DNA of 63,900 bases, the filler included, from Choristocarpus tenellus KU-1152 (Eukaryota; Protista; Phaeophyceae), in NCBI GenBank assembly GCA_964200185.2. It is 8 parts of 8 records of this genome, joined end to end, with 100 filler letters (N's around TTAATTAATTAA, not from the genome) between each part and the next. Parts side by side here need not be neighbours in the genome. Positions count along the whole stretch, not along the records: positions 14,758 to 23,453 come from CAXNAD020004437.1; positions 23,554 to 28,079 come from CAXNAD020014148.1; 6 more parts are not named here. One strand, 5' to 3'. Made by a program: the position numbers and the translations under genes. Numbering within the stretch: the stretch's first letter is position 1; each line of letters begins with the position of its first letter. The notes below the pieces were generated by a model. That model saw nothing but the letters and a program-made list of their open reading frames with translations, searched no databases and had not been told where the DNA came from. Shown here piece by piece: positions 14,758-26,457 of the stretch.

Positions 14758-15334
14758 GGAGTAGAATTCAGAATTACTCACAGCTAGATATCCTGAGGCT
14801 TAGGATCGAACAGGGAGTAGAAGCGAGAAGAGAAAAGGAGGGGGGGGGGTAGACTGGAGTATGTTACCCAGTCCATGCCCATTCCTCCTCTTTGTCGAGC
14901 AGGTATCATCCTTGGGGTCATCGTTATCATCCCCACCAAAGCCTAGTCCCACGTCCAAGAGATTGGTACGTCGCAGAGATTTGGTGCGGTTACTAGTCCT
15001 GTACATTTATTGTTGTCCATCACCTGTTTATTTCACGTCTAACATTGCGTTGGCAATGGTGTGGGCCCTTGTATCTGATCCATCTGTGATATGTTGGATA
15101 CATACGTCAAGAGATCGCCGGTGGATGGCACAAGGAGTCATCTTCTAGTATTGGGCATCGAATAAAGAGTTAGTAGATACTGATGAGTGCACATACCTTG
15201 TCACTTATCATCAATAAAGTTGGGTATGAAGATGCCCCTTACATACTCCTCCGGAGGTGTAGATATTGAATTCAAAGTGTGAGGTGACCATTGTACACTG
15301 TCCTTTATGACCTTGTGGTGGATGAAGGAGTGGC

Positions 15335-17998
15335 ATGATCTTCAAGAGTGGGCCTTCTCACAACCATGCTAAATCTTTCAGCTTGGTCTACGCTCCTGGG
15401 TTTCTGGATGGTCATGCTCACAGACAATGGCGACTGTTTCAACAACGTGGCTGGTCCAGGTGCATATGCTCAGACACGAAGGGTGGAATGGGACCAAAGA
15501 AACACGAAGTCAACTCACAGCTAGGGACGGGATCGATACGTGATCGATACTTTCGATATCAAGTAGGCAATATTTCAAATGTGTGCGCTAAAGAGGTGCA
15601 GTCCAGGAGAACGACCAAGGACTGGAAGGGGGCAAAGAAGGCACTGGATGAAGCCCAGACCAGCGGCACTCCTATCGACACATCTCAGTACATCAGCTGC
15701 CTCAATGCAATGATCTCTTGCAACAAGTTGAATCTTGCTCTGTCACTGCTAGGCGAGATGCAGGCCAAGGGTATTGCTCTCGATGTCGTAGCCTACAATA
15801 AGGTGATGGTTGCTTGCAGAAAAGGGGGGCAACGGAAACGTGCTCTATTACTGTTGGATGAGATGCAAGCCCACGGTGTTGCCCCCAATACTATCAACTA
15901 TAATACAGCTATAAAGACTTGCGGAGATATGCGGCAATGGAAACGTGCTTTGTCGTTACTGGATCAGATGCAGAGAAGTGGTGTTGCCTCCGATGCCTAC
16001 ACGTACAACACAACCATCAAGGCCTGTGGAGATGCTGGGCAGTGGCAACGTGCTCTATCTCTGCTTGATAATATGCAAGCAAAGGGCATCACCCCTGATA
16101 TATACACCTATACTGCAGCCATCAAGGCCTGTGGAGATGCTGGGCGGTGGGAACGTGCTCTGTCTCTGCTGGATGAAATGCAGACCAAGGGGGTTACCCC
16201 TGATCAAAGAACCTTCAACGTTACCATCAAGGCCTGTGGAGATGCGGGGCAGTGGGAACGCGCTCTATCATTGCTAGATCAGATGCAGAGCAAGGGTATT
16301 GCCCCTAATACTGTAACATACAACACGGCCATCAAGGCCTGTGGAGATGGGAACCAGTGGGAGCGTGCTGTATTGCTGTTGAAGGAAATGCCTACAAAGG
16401 GGGTACGCCCAAATGTCTACACCTATACATCGACCATCAAGGCCTGTGGGGATGGGGGGCAATGGCAACACGCACTACGGTTGCTGTATGAGATGCAGGC
16501 TAAGGGGATTGCCCCTAATGCTGTGACCTACAACACGGCTATCAAGGCCTGTGGGGACGCAGGGCAATGGGAATGTAGCCTGTCACTGTTGGGAGAAATG
16601 CAGGATAAGAGGGTTGCACCTGACACTGTAACTTACAATATGGCCATGAAGGCCTGCGGGGCTTGGGGGAAGTGGGAGCGCGCTCTGTCACTGTTGGTTC
16701 AAATGCAAGCGAGGGGGGTTTCTCCCGATACCTATACTTACAACATACTTATCAAAGCTTGTGGGGATGGGGGGCAGTGGGAACATGCCCTGTCGTTGCT
16801 AGATGAAATGCAGACCAGGGGGATTTGCCCTGACACCGTAAGCTACAATGTGGCCATCAATGCCTGTAGTACTGGAGTGCACTGGGAGCATGCTCTATTG
16901 TTGCTGGCTCAGATGCAGGGGAGGGGGGTTGCCTCTGATACCATGACCTACAACACAGTCATCAAGGTCTGTGGAGATGGGGGGCAGTGGGAGCAGGCCT
17001 TATCACTGCTGAACGAAATGCGGACCAAGAGGATTCCCCCAGATACTATGACCTACAACACAGTATTCAAGGCCTGTGGGAATGGGGGTCAATGGGAACG
17101 TGCTCTCTCACTCTTGGATGAGATGAAGTCAGAGGGGATAGCCTCAAATGCCTACACCTACAACATTGCAATCAAGGCCTGCGGGGATATGGGGCAATGG
17201 GAACATGCTTTGTCGCTCCTGGATGAAATGAATTCTAGGGGGATTGTTCCTAATGCTATCATTTATACCACAGCCACCAAAGCCTGTGTGGATGCAGGTC
17301 AATGGGAATGTGCTCTGTCACTGCTGGATGAAATGAAGGACAAGGGGATTGCCCCTGACACTGTGACCTACAATGTGGCTATCATGGCCTGTGGGATTGG
17401 TGAGCAATGGGACCGTGCTCAGCTGCTGCTGGATGAAATGCAGGCCAAGGGGATTGCCACTGATACTTCTACCTACAACACAGCCATCAAGGCCTGTGGA
17501 AGTGGAAGGCGATGGGAGCATGCCCTGGTGCTGCTAAATGAAATGCAAACAAAGAATATCGCACCCGATACTGTGACCTACAACACAGTTATGAAGGCCT
17601 GTGGAGATGGGGCTCAGTGGAAATATGCTCCTTTGCTACTGGATGAAATGCAGGTCAAAGGTATTGCCCCTGATACCATGACCTACAACACAGCAATTAA
17701 GGCCTGTGGAGATGGAGACCAGTGGGAACATGCTCTGCTGCTCCTGGATGAAATGCAGACTGTGGGGATCACTCGTGACCTGTACACCTACAACTCGGCC
17801 CTGCAAGTTTGTGGGATAGGTGGGCAGTGGGAGCGTGCTCTGTCACTGCTGGATGAGATGCGTGTTGATGGGATTGCCCCTGATACTGTGACCTACAAGG
17901 TGGCTAAGAAGGCCTTTAGGGATGGAAATATAGACCAGTGGGAACATGCTCAATCACTGTTGGATGGAATGCAGGTCGTGGAGACTGACTCTCTCTGA
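15335..17998 (+). CDS. P-class pentatricopeptide repeat (PPR) protein, 887 aa, ~22 tandem 35-aa repeats, intronless
   Basis: Consensus DTVTYNTAIKACGDGGQWERALSLLDEMQAKGIAP repeated in register. The Arg/Ser-rich N-terminus could be an organelle presequence. The start codon is not verified. Confidence 0.95.
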   Translation: MIFKSGPSHNHAKSFSLVYAPGFLDGHAHRQWRLFQQRGWSRCICSDTKGGMGPKKHEVNSQLGTGSIRDRYFRYQVGNISNVCAKEVQSRRTTKDWKGAKKALDEAQTSGTPIDTSQYISCLNAMISCNKLNLALSLLGEMQAKGIALDVVAYNKVMVACRKGGQRKRALLLLDEMQAHGVAPNTINYNTAIKTCGDMRQWKRALSLLDQMQRSGVASDAYTYNTTIKACGDAGQWQRALSLLDNMQAKGITPDIYTYTAAIKACGDAGRWERALSLLDEMQTKGVTPDQRTFNVTIKACGDAGQWERALSLLDQMQSKGIAPNTVTYNTAIKACGDGNQWERAVLLLKEMPTKGVRPNVYTYTSTIKACGDGGQWQHALRLLYEMQAKGIAPNAVTYNTAIKACGDAGQWECSLSLLGEMQDKRVAPDTVTYNMAMKACGAWGKWERALSLLVQMQARGVSPDTYTYNILIKACGDGGQWEHALSLLDEMQTRGICPDTVSYNVAINACSTGVHWEHALLLLAQMQGRGVASDTMTYNTVIKVCGDGGQWEQALSLLNEMRTKRIPPDTMTYNTVFKACGNGGQWERALSLLDEMKSEGIASNAYTYNIAIKACGDMGQWEHALSLLDEMNSRGIVPNAIIYTTATKACVDAGQWECALSLLDEMKDKGIAPDTVTYNVAIMACGIGEQWDRAQLLLDEMQAKGIATDTSTYNTAIKACGSGRRWEHALVLLNEMQTKNIAPDTVTYNTVMKACGDGAQWKYAPLLLDEMQVKGIAPDTMTYNTAIKACGDGDQWEHALLLLDEMQTVGITRDLYTYNSALQVCGIGGQWERALSLLDEMRVDGIAPDTVTYKVAKKAFRDGNIDQWEHAQSLLDGMQVVETDSL

Positions 17999-18247
17999 CA
18001 ATGTTTGAATCACATCATAGCTATCAAGGTTCACGGACATGAGAAGTAGAGGAAAATGCCTTGTATCGCTGCTGGATACGGCGTGCAAACCAACGGGGTT
18101 TGCCTCAATAGAATCACCTGCAACACAGTCATCAAGGCCTATTGGAGTTGGGGGGTAATTGAATGTGCTGCTCTGTTGCTGCAGAATGAACTGCTAACTA
18201 GGAGGGTTGACCCTGATGCCAATTCCTATAGAGTAGACCTTCAGTGA
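17999..18247 (+). pseudogene. Degenerate PPR repeats beyond the stop codon
   Basis: Frameshifted fragments such as VQTNGVCLNRITCNTVIKAYWSWG and ELLTRRVDPDANSY; DNA caacacagtcatcaaggcct matches the upstream repeats. Confidence 0.75.
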
Positions 18248-21200
18248 CTCACTGCAAATAATTGGGAGGTGCTCATGGGAATAAGATGATAGACGCCGCT
18301 TTCCTTGTTGAATCCCCTGTAAAATACCAAGACACACCATGTAGTAGAAACACAAGAAAAAGGTATTGACTGTAGTGATATTTTTTGCAGTGCTATTTCA
18401 TGGTGTATCCTGTTGAAGATTTTTCTGTGTGATAAAGTCAGGTCAAGATTTTATATAGTATTTTGAAGAAATAAGATAGGAAAATATATGGATGAGGGGT
18501 AGGAAGCATGGAACAAGAGGCAGTCTTACACTAATATAATCGCATGTAGAGGATGTAGGATGCAGTTGCTCTGGTGTGCAACATCCCCTATCCCCTTCAT
18601 CAATCTTACTATCATTTTATCCCAGTATCCCCCATTTCTTCATCTGGACAGGAATTCTCATTAACAGGAGATCATGTAAGCAATACGCTTCTCTAACTAT
18701 ACACACACTGCTTGCACTTCAATGTCACGATTTCATTGCCAGATGCCTTAAACGAGTCTGAAGGAAGGACGACATCAGTGAGGCTAATTTTACCCTCCCA
18801 TACATACATACATGTGTGTATTTGTATAGGGAAGAAACCAGTACAGTAGTTGCTTTTGTCTATCTCTCAATTTTGTTTACACTACTTCTGAGAATGTGCT
18901 TTGAGCAAGGTTGAGGGCTCTTTCAGTGAACATTGTTGTTCACAACCAATCTGCTGTTCCACAGCCACACCCTCCTCAGGGGGGATGCCTGCATCTCAGG
19001 CATGGGTGTGTGGAGTATATTGCACACATGGCCTTGAACTCAAGAGGATCAAACTCGACGCCGCCTCTTCAATGGTCTCACTAACAAGTACGTCAATCTG
19101 CATTGATCTACACTGCGGTTGTTTCCTAGAGAAGCGAGCATTGTTACGTAAGGCACACCTATGTGCCAAAGGGATTTGGATTGACGACCAATAATAGTTG
19201 TACGATTCCAACTTACACACCTCCCACACCGCTGTTACCACTTATAGGTCTAATCAGGCAACATGTCCTTCCTTCCCCTCTTCAATTATCTACACAACCT
19301 ACAGTACTACATTGAGTTTTGTGATACACGTAACTGAGCTTTTCATCTCTTCATAGCACTGTGGTGATGGTGGCGGTGTTAATGACATGTTTTTGTATTC
19401 TTTGGGCAAGAGGGTCTTTAATCAAGTCCATGGGATTACTTGGGCGTGCTCAAGGCATCGAGCAGCTCTGCCTTATGAAGTTGTCCACCTCAACCTAAAT
19501 TCCATTCCACCTTCAATCATCTTGGCTGGATCTGCCCATTTTTCATGGTAAAACCCACCCTTGACAAAGATAGCCCCCATAGATACTGGCGTTTTTCTAG
19601 CAGAGAGAGAAAAGCCTAGGTCTCTTGACCAGGGAATCACACCTGTAGTATCCCAACTGTCCATCCCCTCCACCCTCCACAATTCCGCATACCAAACCAA
19701 TCCCCTCCTGCCACCTTTTCCTCACATGCCTAGTTGACCCTTGATTGCACGTTTTTTTTCAGGTACATTGGCTGTTTCTCTTATTTTTGTAATAATTCTA
19801 TGTATTTCACGTATGACATCATTGCTTCGTTTTTGAAAACATTTCTAGTAAGGGTAATGACCTCTTCATTGAACTGGCGTAAAAATATTTTTGAAAGTAC
19901 CGGCTACCACCACCTTCCTTCACCAAGAAGCAAGTGTTCTTGATCCGAATTTTGTAGGGTTGACCCAGCTGACGGGATTCAGTTAGTTCCTATATAGGCG
20001 GTGTCAACTACTTCATAAGGCATGCACCGCTCTTAGTATGTACTACATACTTCAACATAGAATATGCATTGTGTGTGTGTGACCCAACTCTGTAAGATAT
20101 CCTTACCAATATCAAAAAAGGAATAAATTAGATAATACACATACATGACTGAAAGTGAGATATCGATCTTCTTGTGAAGCCAATACAAAAACGAGTTTTG
20201 AAGTAACTGCAAGTACTTGTGTCTTAGTGTGATGTCTACATTATTCCGTATATAGTACTCTAAACTTTCAGTCAATCGCACATTGAATACCAAGTCAAGC
20301 CACAGACTCTTTCCAGCACCATCACCATGCACACAGTGTATTACGCACACTCAAAGAGCATTGTTGAGGGTTCATCCATCTCTTTCCCTTATCACAAATA
20401 CTCCATTCATCCATATCCATGCAGACACCAGGAACCAGTTTGTGCTCACCCAAAAAATGCAGTAAGAAGAAACAACAGCGTTATTAACCTCATTTTAAAC
20501 CTGAATGATGACTCCAAGTATTAGTAACTTATTACAGTGAAGCGCACACCGTAGTAATCTAAGATGACCACATCTTCTACTGGAAGCTTGGTGAGTTTGG
20601 TGTATTATATGGGATAAACGGTTGATTTTTTTTGCTTCTTTGCTTTCATGACGTATCTTATCACTTAATATTACCACCATGTGTACCCCCTAATAGCCAT
20701 GAAGCATTCATCATTTATCATGAGATGCATACCCTTTTCACAAAGTTCCATCGGTCAACAGCTACCGACTGCCACCACACCAATTACTATAGTGTGCTCT
20801 TTAATACCAAAATGAATCGAAAACTTCTCAACAAAACAAAAGAGCTAAGAAATGAAGGGGACACGGTCTTGCCCACATACAAAAAAAAAAAGTCAACCCC
20901 TCATCATCTCCACCCACACTCGTGATAATTTGTTGTCCCATTCATAATTCGTTCTGTGCAACTCTTACTTCATATTGTATGCCTTGTACAGAAGCAGTAC
21001 TATCAACAAACTTAACAAGTGACCACAGCCACTCCAACAATTCCACCTACCACCTCCCCAATGCATGGAAATCCCCCATAACCAAAGTGGTAGTTCTACA
21101 ACTAGGAAACAAGGCAGCATGTCCGGTAATCACTCTGTTAGGTAGTTGTACCAAGTAGGCACGCTATTAGCAAACTTCCACTACTACAACTGCAGAACAC

Positions 21201-21580
21201 ATCACAAAGCCCAGCTGGATATTGTAAATATCATCAAATCAGAGCCGTTCCACAATGTGTGTACCCCAGTCACTCTGTGTTTCAGGAACAAGGGTAACCT
21301 GAAGCAGCCAGATCAAAGAGCACCACTTTGTGCCCTACACTCAAGCAGTGCCTCCTTTGCCTCAGGTCCTTGCCACCTCAACAAACTACTTCATTGTGCC
21401 GTGCAAATCATTCCATGGCAAACAACTGCTACTGTACAACTGCAAATATGCAATAATATTAATAGTGAGTTCTATGCTCGAAAAAGAAACACTTGTTTCA
21501 AAAATCGAGGAGACATACACTGTGATCAACAAACAACAAACACAACGCATGTTCTTGAAGTTCCACAATACAAATAAAAA

Positions 21581-21638
21581 CATACACACACACACATACA
21601 CACACACACATACACACACACACACATACACACACACA
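21581..21638. repeat. (CA)n microsatellite
   Basis: Interrupted cacaca run. Confidence 0.9.
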
Positions 21639-22457
21639 AATACCTTTATTCCATGATATCCCCCTCGCCCCCTGCACTTGAAAATAAAAATATAAAAAAT
21701 GAAAGACCAGGACCGATCCTCTATCTGTCCTGATACCGATCAACAAAATACACATGTGCACTCATAAACAAAAAAAATATGCACTAAATAGCAAAAGACA
21801 CATATACAAATGACAAGACTGCGAAGCACACTAACGTAATAAATATATATATATGCAGCACCAGATTAGATCCATGAAAAACAAGTCACAAGTAAGCTGC
21901 GTGGAAATTCGTAGCAAATAAGAGTCAGCAGTAGAAACCACCAACCAAACCCTTCCACCACCACCATCATCTCTTCACTGCCACCCTCCTCAGTGCAATG
22001 TCCACACCCTCCAAAAAAAAAGAAAAAGATCTACTTGAGCTATCATATCAATCGACTTCGCTAGCTAAAGTGACCATTGATCAGCAGACAAAAGCAGTTG
22101 AGGAGGTCAAACATTCAACAAACCAACTTTACGAAAGAAAAAAAAAGGGCAGGCAAGCAGACATACCAAGTCACAAACTGCAAAACAACTCACACAGATG
22201 CAGACGCCACATCCATTCGCCTGCACCACTACCCTCATCCTGTCCACCCCCCAAGAAGTGCTCTTTTTCATCCTCCTAGAGACATTGCCACTCCACAGTC
22301 TCCCTGTATACTCTGATGCATGCATAGCAATAGTCTCAAGAATGGCGGTAGTCAAGCAGAGCCAAACACACAACCACAAACATAATCATAAACAAATACT
22401 TCATCCCATCAATCCAACACCCACCACCCTCCGCCCCACAGCCCACTCACTGCAGCA

Positions 22458-22943
22458 TCACACAGGGTCACCATGCCCCTCATGCCTTATCCCACTATAC
22501 ACAACCACGCCTTCAGGACCAACAATATTCTGCTCATCTCCTCCAAGGCCACAGTCTTGCCCACCTCCGGACACACACTCACCCAAACCCCTCCTCTCCT
22601 TCCCCACCCCGCCACTTCCTCGCTGTCTCACACCCTCCCTCCCCTCTTCCACTACCCAACCGCCATCCCCCTCCCCCCAATCCTTTGTCGTAGCTGTCTC
22701 TCCCTCAAGCTCCATCAACCATGTCCTCTGCAAGCGAGTGAGCTCAGGCAATGTAAGACCACCCTTGGCACCAAGGTACTCTAAGGCTGGGCCCCCACAA
22801 CCCAAAGTCACAAACTCAAATAGATTACCCCACATGCCCCGGTCGTAGTAGTTGAATGCACGCCCAGATGGTGAGGAAAACCACGGGTAGCGGTTCTTGT
22901 TGGCCCGTTCATTAGTGGTCACATTGGTGACAGCATTGCGAAG
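22458..22943 (-). CDS. DHHC-type protein S-acyltransferase, terminal exon only
   Basis: cag acceptor, then LRNAVTNVTTNERANKNRYPWF...FNYYDRGMWGNLFEF, matching the TTxE motif and the C-terminal N.yd.G...Nl motif of DHHC enzymes. The DHHC exon itself is not in this contig. Confidence 0.75.
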   Translation of the reverse strand, partial: LRNAVTNVTTNERANKNRYPWFSSPSGRAFNYYDRGMWGNLFEFVTLGCGGPALEYLGAKGGLTLPELTRLQRTWLMELEGETATTKDWGEGDGGWVVEEGREGVRQRGSGGVGKERRGLGECVSGGGQDCGLGGDEQNIVGPEGVVVYSGIRHEGHGDPV

Positions 22944-23453
22944 CTGTTTTTTTATTTTATTGTTCAGAGAGTGGGTACCGTGTATACAATATTGGGATGG
23001 GTTTGGGGAGGGGGATTGAGAGAGAGAGAGATAAGAGAAAATTACTGTAGTAGCACTACATACTAATAAGGTCTAGGGTTAGAGGTAGCAGCATTAGAGT
23101 CAGAGGTTGATAATATGATGTCATTAGGAAAGCAAGAGCTGACAGGGTGACAATCACCTAGTTCAGCAAACATAGTTTGGCGTAGTTGACGGACAAAAAC
23201 TGATGACCACAATTCTTGGTTCATGGAGATGCAGTCAACCAACAATGAAACAAGAGCATGTACCAATCATACAAGAAAAACCATTGATGAGGTAGCCCAT
23301 ACTGGGGAGGACACCTCCACAGGCAGGCAGTAATGGTACAGTTAATCAACAGCATACAATTCAATTCCCCCCACCCCCCCCCCCCCCCCCAAAAAAACAA
23401 ACCAAAAAAAACCCAAAATATATTTTCATAAAATTTAAACAAAGTTACAAAAA

Positions 23454-23553
23454 NNNNNNNNNNNNNNNNNNNNNNNNNNNNNNNNNNNNNNNNNNNNTTA
23501 ATTAATTAANNNNNNNNNNNNNNNNNNNNNNNNNNNNNNNNNNNNNNNNNNNN
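23454..23553. other. Artificial contig linker
   Basis: N44-TTAATTAATTAA-N44. Confidence 0.97.
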
Positions 23554-23916
23554 CCTCCCAGATACTTTGGGTCAGTGGTCGGATCCGGTACTGGATACGT
23601 CTGAATATCTCGCAGTGATCTCTGCTATTGCCTCAAGGGGCATGCCCAGCCAGGACAGGAATAAAATGCTCAGTATATAGCAGTCGATTGCATGAGTTCA
23701 ATCTACATCATGAGTCGCACTTGTGCAGTGCCTTTGCCTCTGAACTAACTCGGTGCAGCTGTGTCATAGATATATTAACTAGCCTGCAGTCACCTCTGAC
23801 AATATAGCACAGTTTGATGTGATCCAATTGAGAAAGCATGTGGAGAAGGCACAAGAGAGAAAGAGGAAGGGGGGGGCGAGTGGGCGAGAGGTAGTGGGAC
23901 ACAGCAATGACAATAC

Positions 23917-26457
23917 CTGAGCATTCGACTCTGTGAGTTCCCTCTCCATTGCCTTGATTTGGTTTTCAAATACCCGAACTGAAGCGGTCAGACGCTGGTA
24001 TTCCATCTGTCCTCATTGAAAGAAGACGGGTGTCAATGGTTGTGTATGTACATGTGGATGGACGGACTGAAGAGCAGATAGAAACGTTGGGTAACTGGCC
24101 ATCCTAACTTGTGTGTATGTATAATATTATCAGTGGGATTGTCCATAAAAAAAAATTGGCAGACAAATACACTTTTTTTCAGACGGCTCCATTTTTGTGT
24201 TATGTAGTGCTGGAGTTACAAAGTACTTGTGGGACTCGATGAAGGATGAGGTGGAGGTTTTTACAATACCCATCTCCAGTGCCCAATACTCTCTTGCCTC
24301 TCCCTGGTGCATGGTGGAGGTCTGGACTTTGATCTTTTCGTAGAGTGCTGTGAGCTCGTTGTTGCGCTTGGTCAGCTGGGATCCGAGCACATTCTTCTCT
24401 CTCATGATAGCATCGTGCTCCTTGATCTGAGTTAGCAAAAAGAGAAGGATCAGGGATTCGGTAGAAGTGATACTGCTATTTAGAGCAGTACTCAACGTGG
24501 TTCAGTAGTGATGGTGAGGTCTTTCCCGTTTACAGCATTCACCATCTTCAACGTTGATTTTAGCTTTCAGAAATTGGTGCTGATCCTACATAAAATAATC
24601 TATGCCTGCAGTCAATTTTCCGGAGCACACTACAAGATGACCAACGTGTTCGATTAGACTCTTTCAACTTTATCGGACAGTTTTGGTAAACTGCATATGG
24701 AGCAAGAGAACAACCATTAGTGATTAAGTTATCAGAACCTTTTATTAGTAGTGATTAGCTCTATGAGAACATTTCTCATATAAAAGGATATATTTCTGAT
24801 TTTTTGGAGTTCTGTATCTCCCACTTAACGTTAATTAATAACTCTACAGACATCAAGCAATCTCCCTGGGTGTATCACCCTTATTATTTTTATTATTTGG
24901 GCGATACTTTAACACAACGCTCCCCAAGCTGTTCCTCTCTGTTCAGGGTAGTCAATCCATCATAGTGGGGCTTTTGGATTCCTATAGAATGCTATAGTTC
25001 GGGTACTCTAATTCTAACCCTTCTCGGGACTACAATGGTAGTATGAAGCAGCATTTCTCGACCAGCACTCAAGCACCATGGCACGAGCTCTGTACTATTG
25101 TCCTATTTTGCACACTCTATGACCATCCACAGGTAGGTGGGTCATGCTAATTTGCACACCCCATATTTCAATTCGAACAGAGGTATCGAGTATCCCGCAA
25201 ACCCTCGTATAAATGCCCTGGTGCAGCACAAACAATTGCTTTCATCACCAACGCCCTTAAGCAAAGTACAAGAAAGCCATGAGCTGCTCTGGGAATTCGG
25301 GAACACAAAAGCAACTTCATATCACTCAAGGCCAGGTACAATGATACATCAAACCTGGCGCTGACGTTCCTCTTCGGCCTCATGGATGATCTGCTGCAGT
25401 TTCTCTACCTCAGTGCGTTGGTTGACGATAATGTGCTCGCTGGACACAATCTGCTTTCTTATTTTTGTTACTTCGTTCCTTAGAACTTCTTTGTCCTTGT
25501 CAACGTTGTGGTGATGGAAGTGCTCCTTGACCTAGGAACAAAGATGGAGAAAATGCCAGAAGACAATATCGCACATGATGGGGAGGGCTTAGGACCATCA
25601 TCTCACAACTGTGGTGCCATAAACATTTGCGGATTGATCATGGAGTTTCAGCAGCTGATCAGCAAGTCCGTGTGGAAGAATAGAGGTGAAAGAACAGAAG
25701 GATCGCAAAAAGGTTGTGAGCTTGTCACCTTAGGTGCTGGTAAACAAGTTCAGAGCTGGTCCAGATTGAGGATATGCAAAGAATATGAAAAGGGGAGAGG
25801 GTATGAAATGGAATAGATATTGGTGAAATTCAGTTTAGTGGCGCAGGTCACACATCAGTCAAGGCGAGAACAGCAAAAGGGCAGACAAAAAAAACTCGCC
25901 AAGGAGTGGTCTGTGGCAGTGATATCTTCCTTGAGCTGCTCGATTTGGTGATTCATTCTCTTGAAGCGACGCTTCATTTCCTTGATAACATCCTGGTGAG
26001 TTAAGGGCAGGGACAAAGAGAGGCCGTTTAGGATCAAGATCCCTTGATAATTATAAAGTTGCAGATATCTAACAGATCGATGAAAGGGTTGTGTTGCATG
26101 GGCTGGGAGACTTGTTTCCTTTCCCTGACCATATTTGGGTTAAGGCATGAATACCTTCTAGAGTATTGTATACCCTCACACCCCACTCCATCCCTCAATT
26201 TTCTGGCTACTCTTCGATCCAATCTGACCCTGCATTGCCTCCTCTTGATCTACTCATGATGCCTTGATTCACAACTACTCTGGAGCATATGACCACCCTG
26301 GAAAGTGAAATGATTATTGGTTGGCCTGAATTCACACCTGCGTCTCAATAAGGTTCTTGGAGTAAGCATTCCGATCGCTGCGGACAGACTCATAAAGATT
26401 CTGTTGCTGCTTCAGGCGGGAGGCTGATGAAACAAGCTTTTGCTGGAGATCTGCCAC
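23917..26457 (-). CDS. CFAP58: Cilia- and flagella-associated protein 58 family (FAP58/FAP189-like coiled coil), five internal exons
   Basis: Phase-0 exons 26457-26338, 25992-25900, 25531-25355, 24426-24298 and 24006-23917 give RLKQQQNLYESVRSDRNAYSKNLIETQ-DVIKEMKRRFKRMNHQIEQLKEDI...VKEHF...LGSQLTKRNNELTALYEKIKVQ, the conserved CFAP58 core. Confidence 0.88.

Noticed and set aside
22198-22848. 216-aa Pro/Ser-rich plus-strand ORF
   Set aside because: It is antisense to the Gly/Glu-rich DHHC terminal exon.
23160-23330. Possible upstream exon of the DHHC gene
   Set aside because: The frames examined contain stops before a usable donor and show no convincing DHHC or TM4 similarity.
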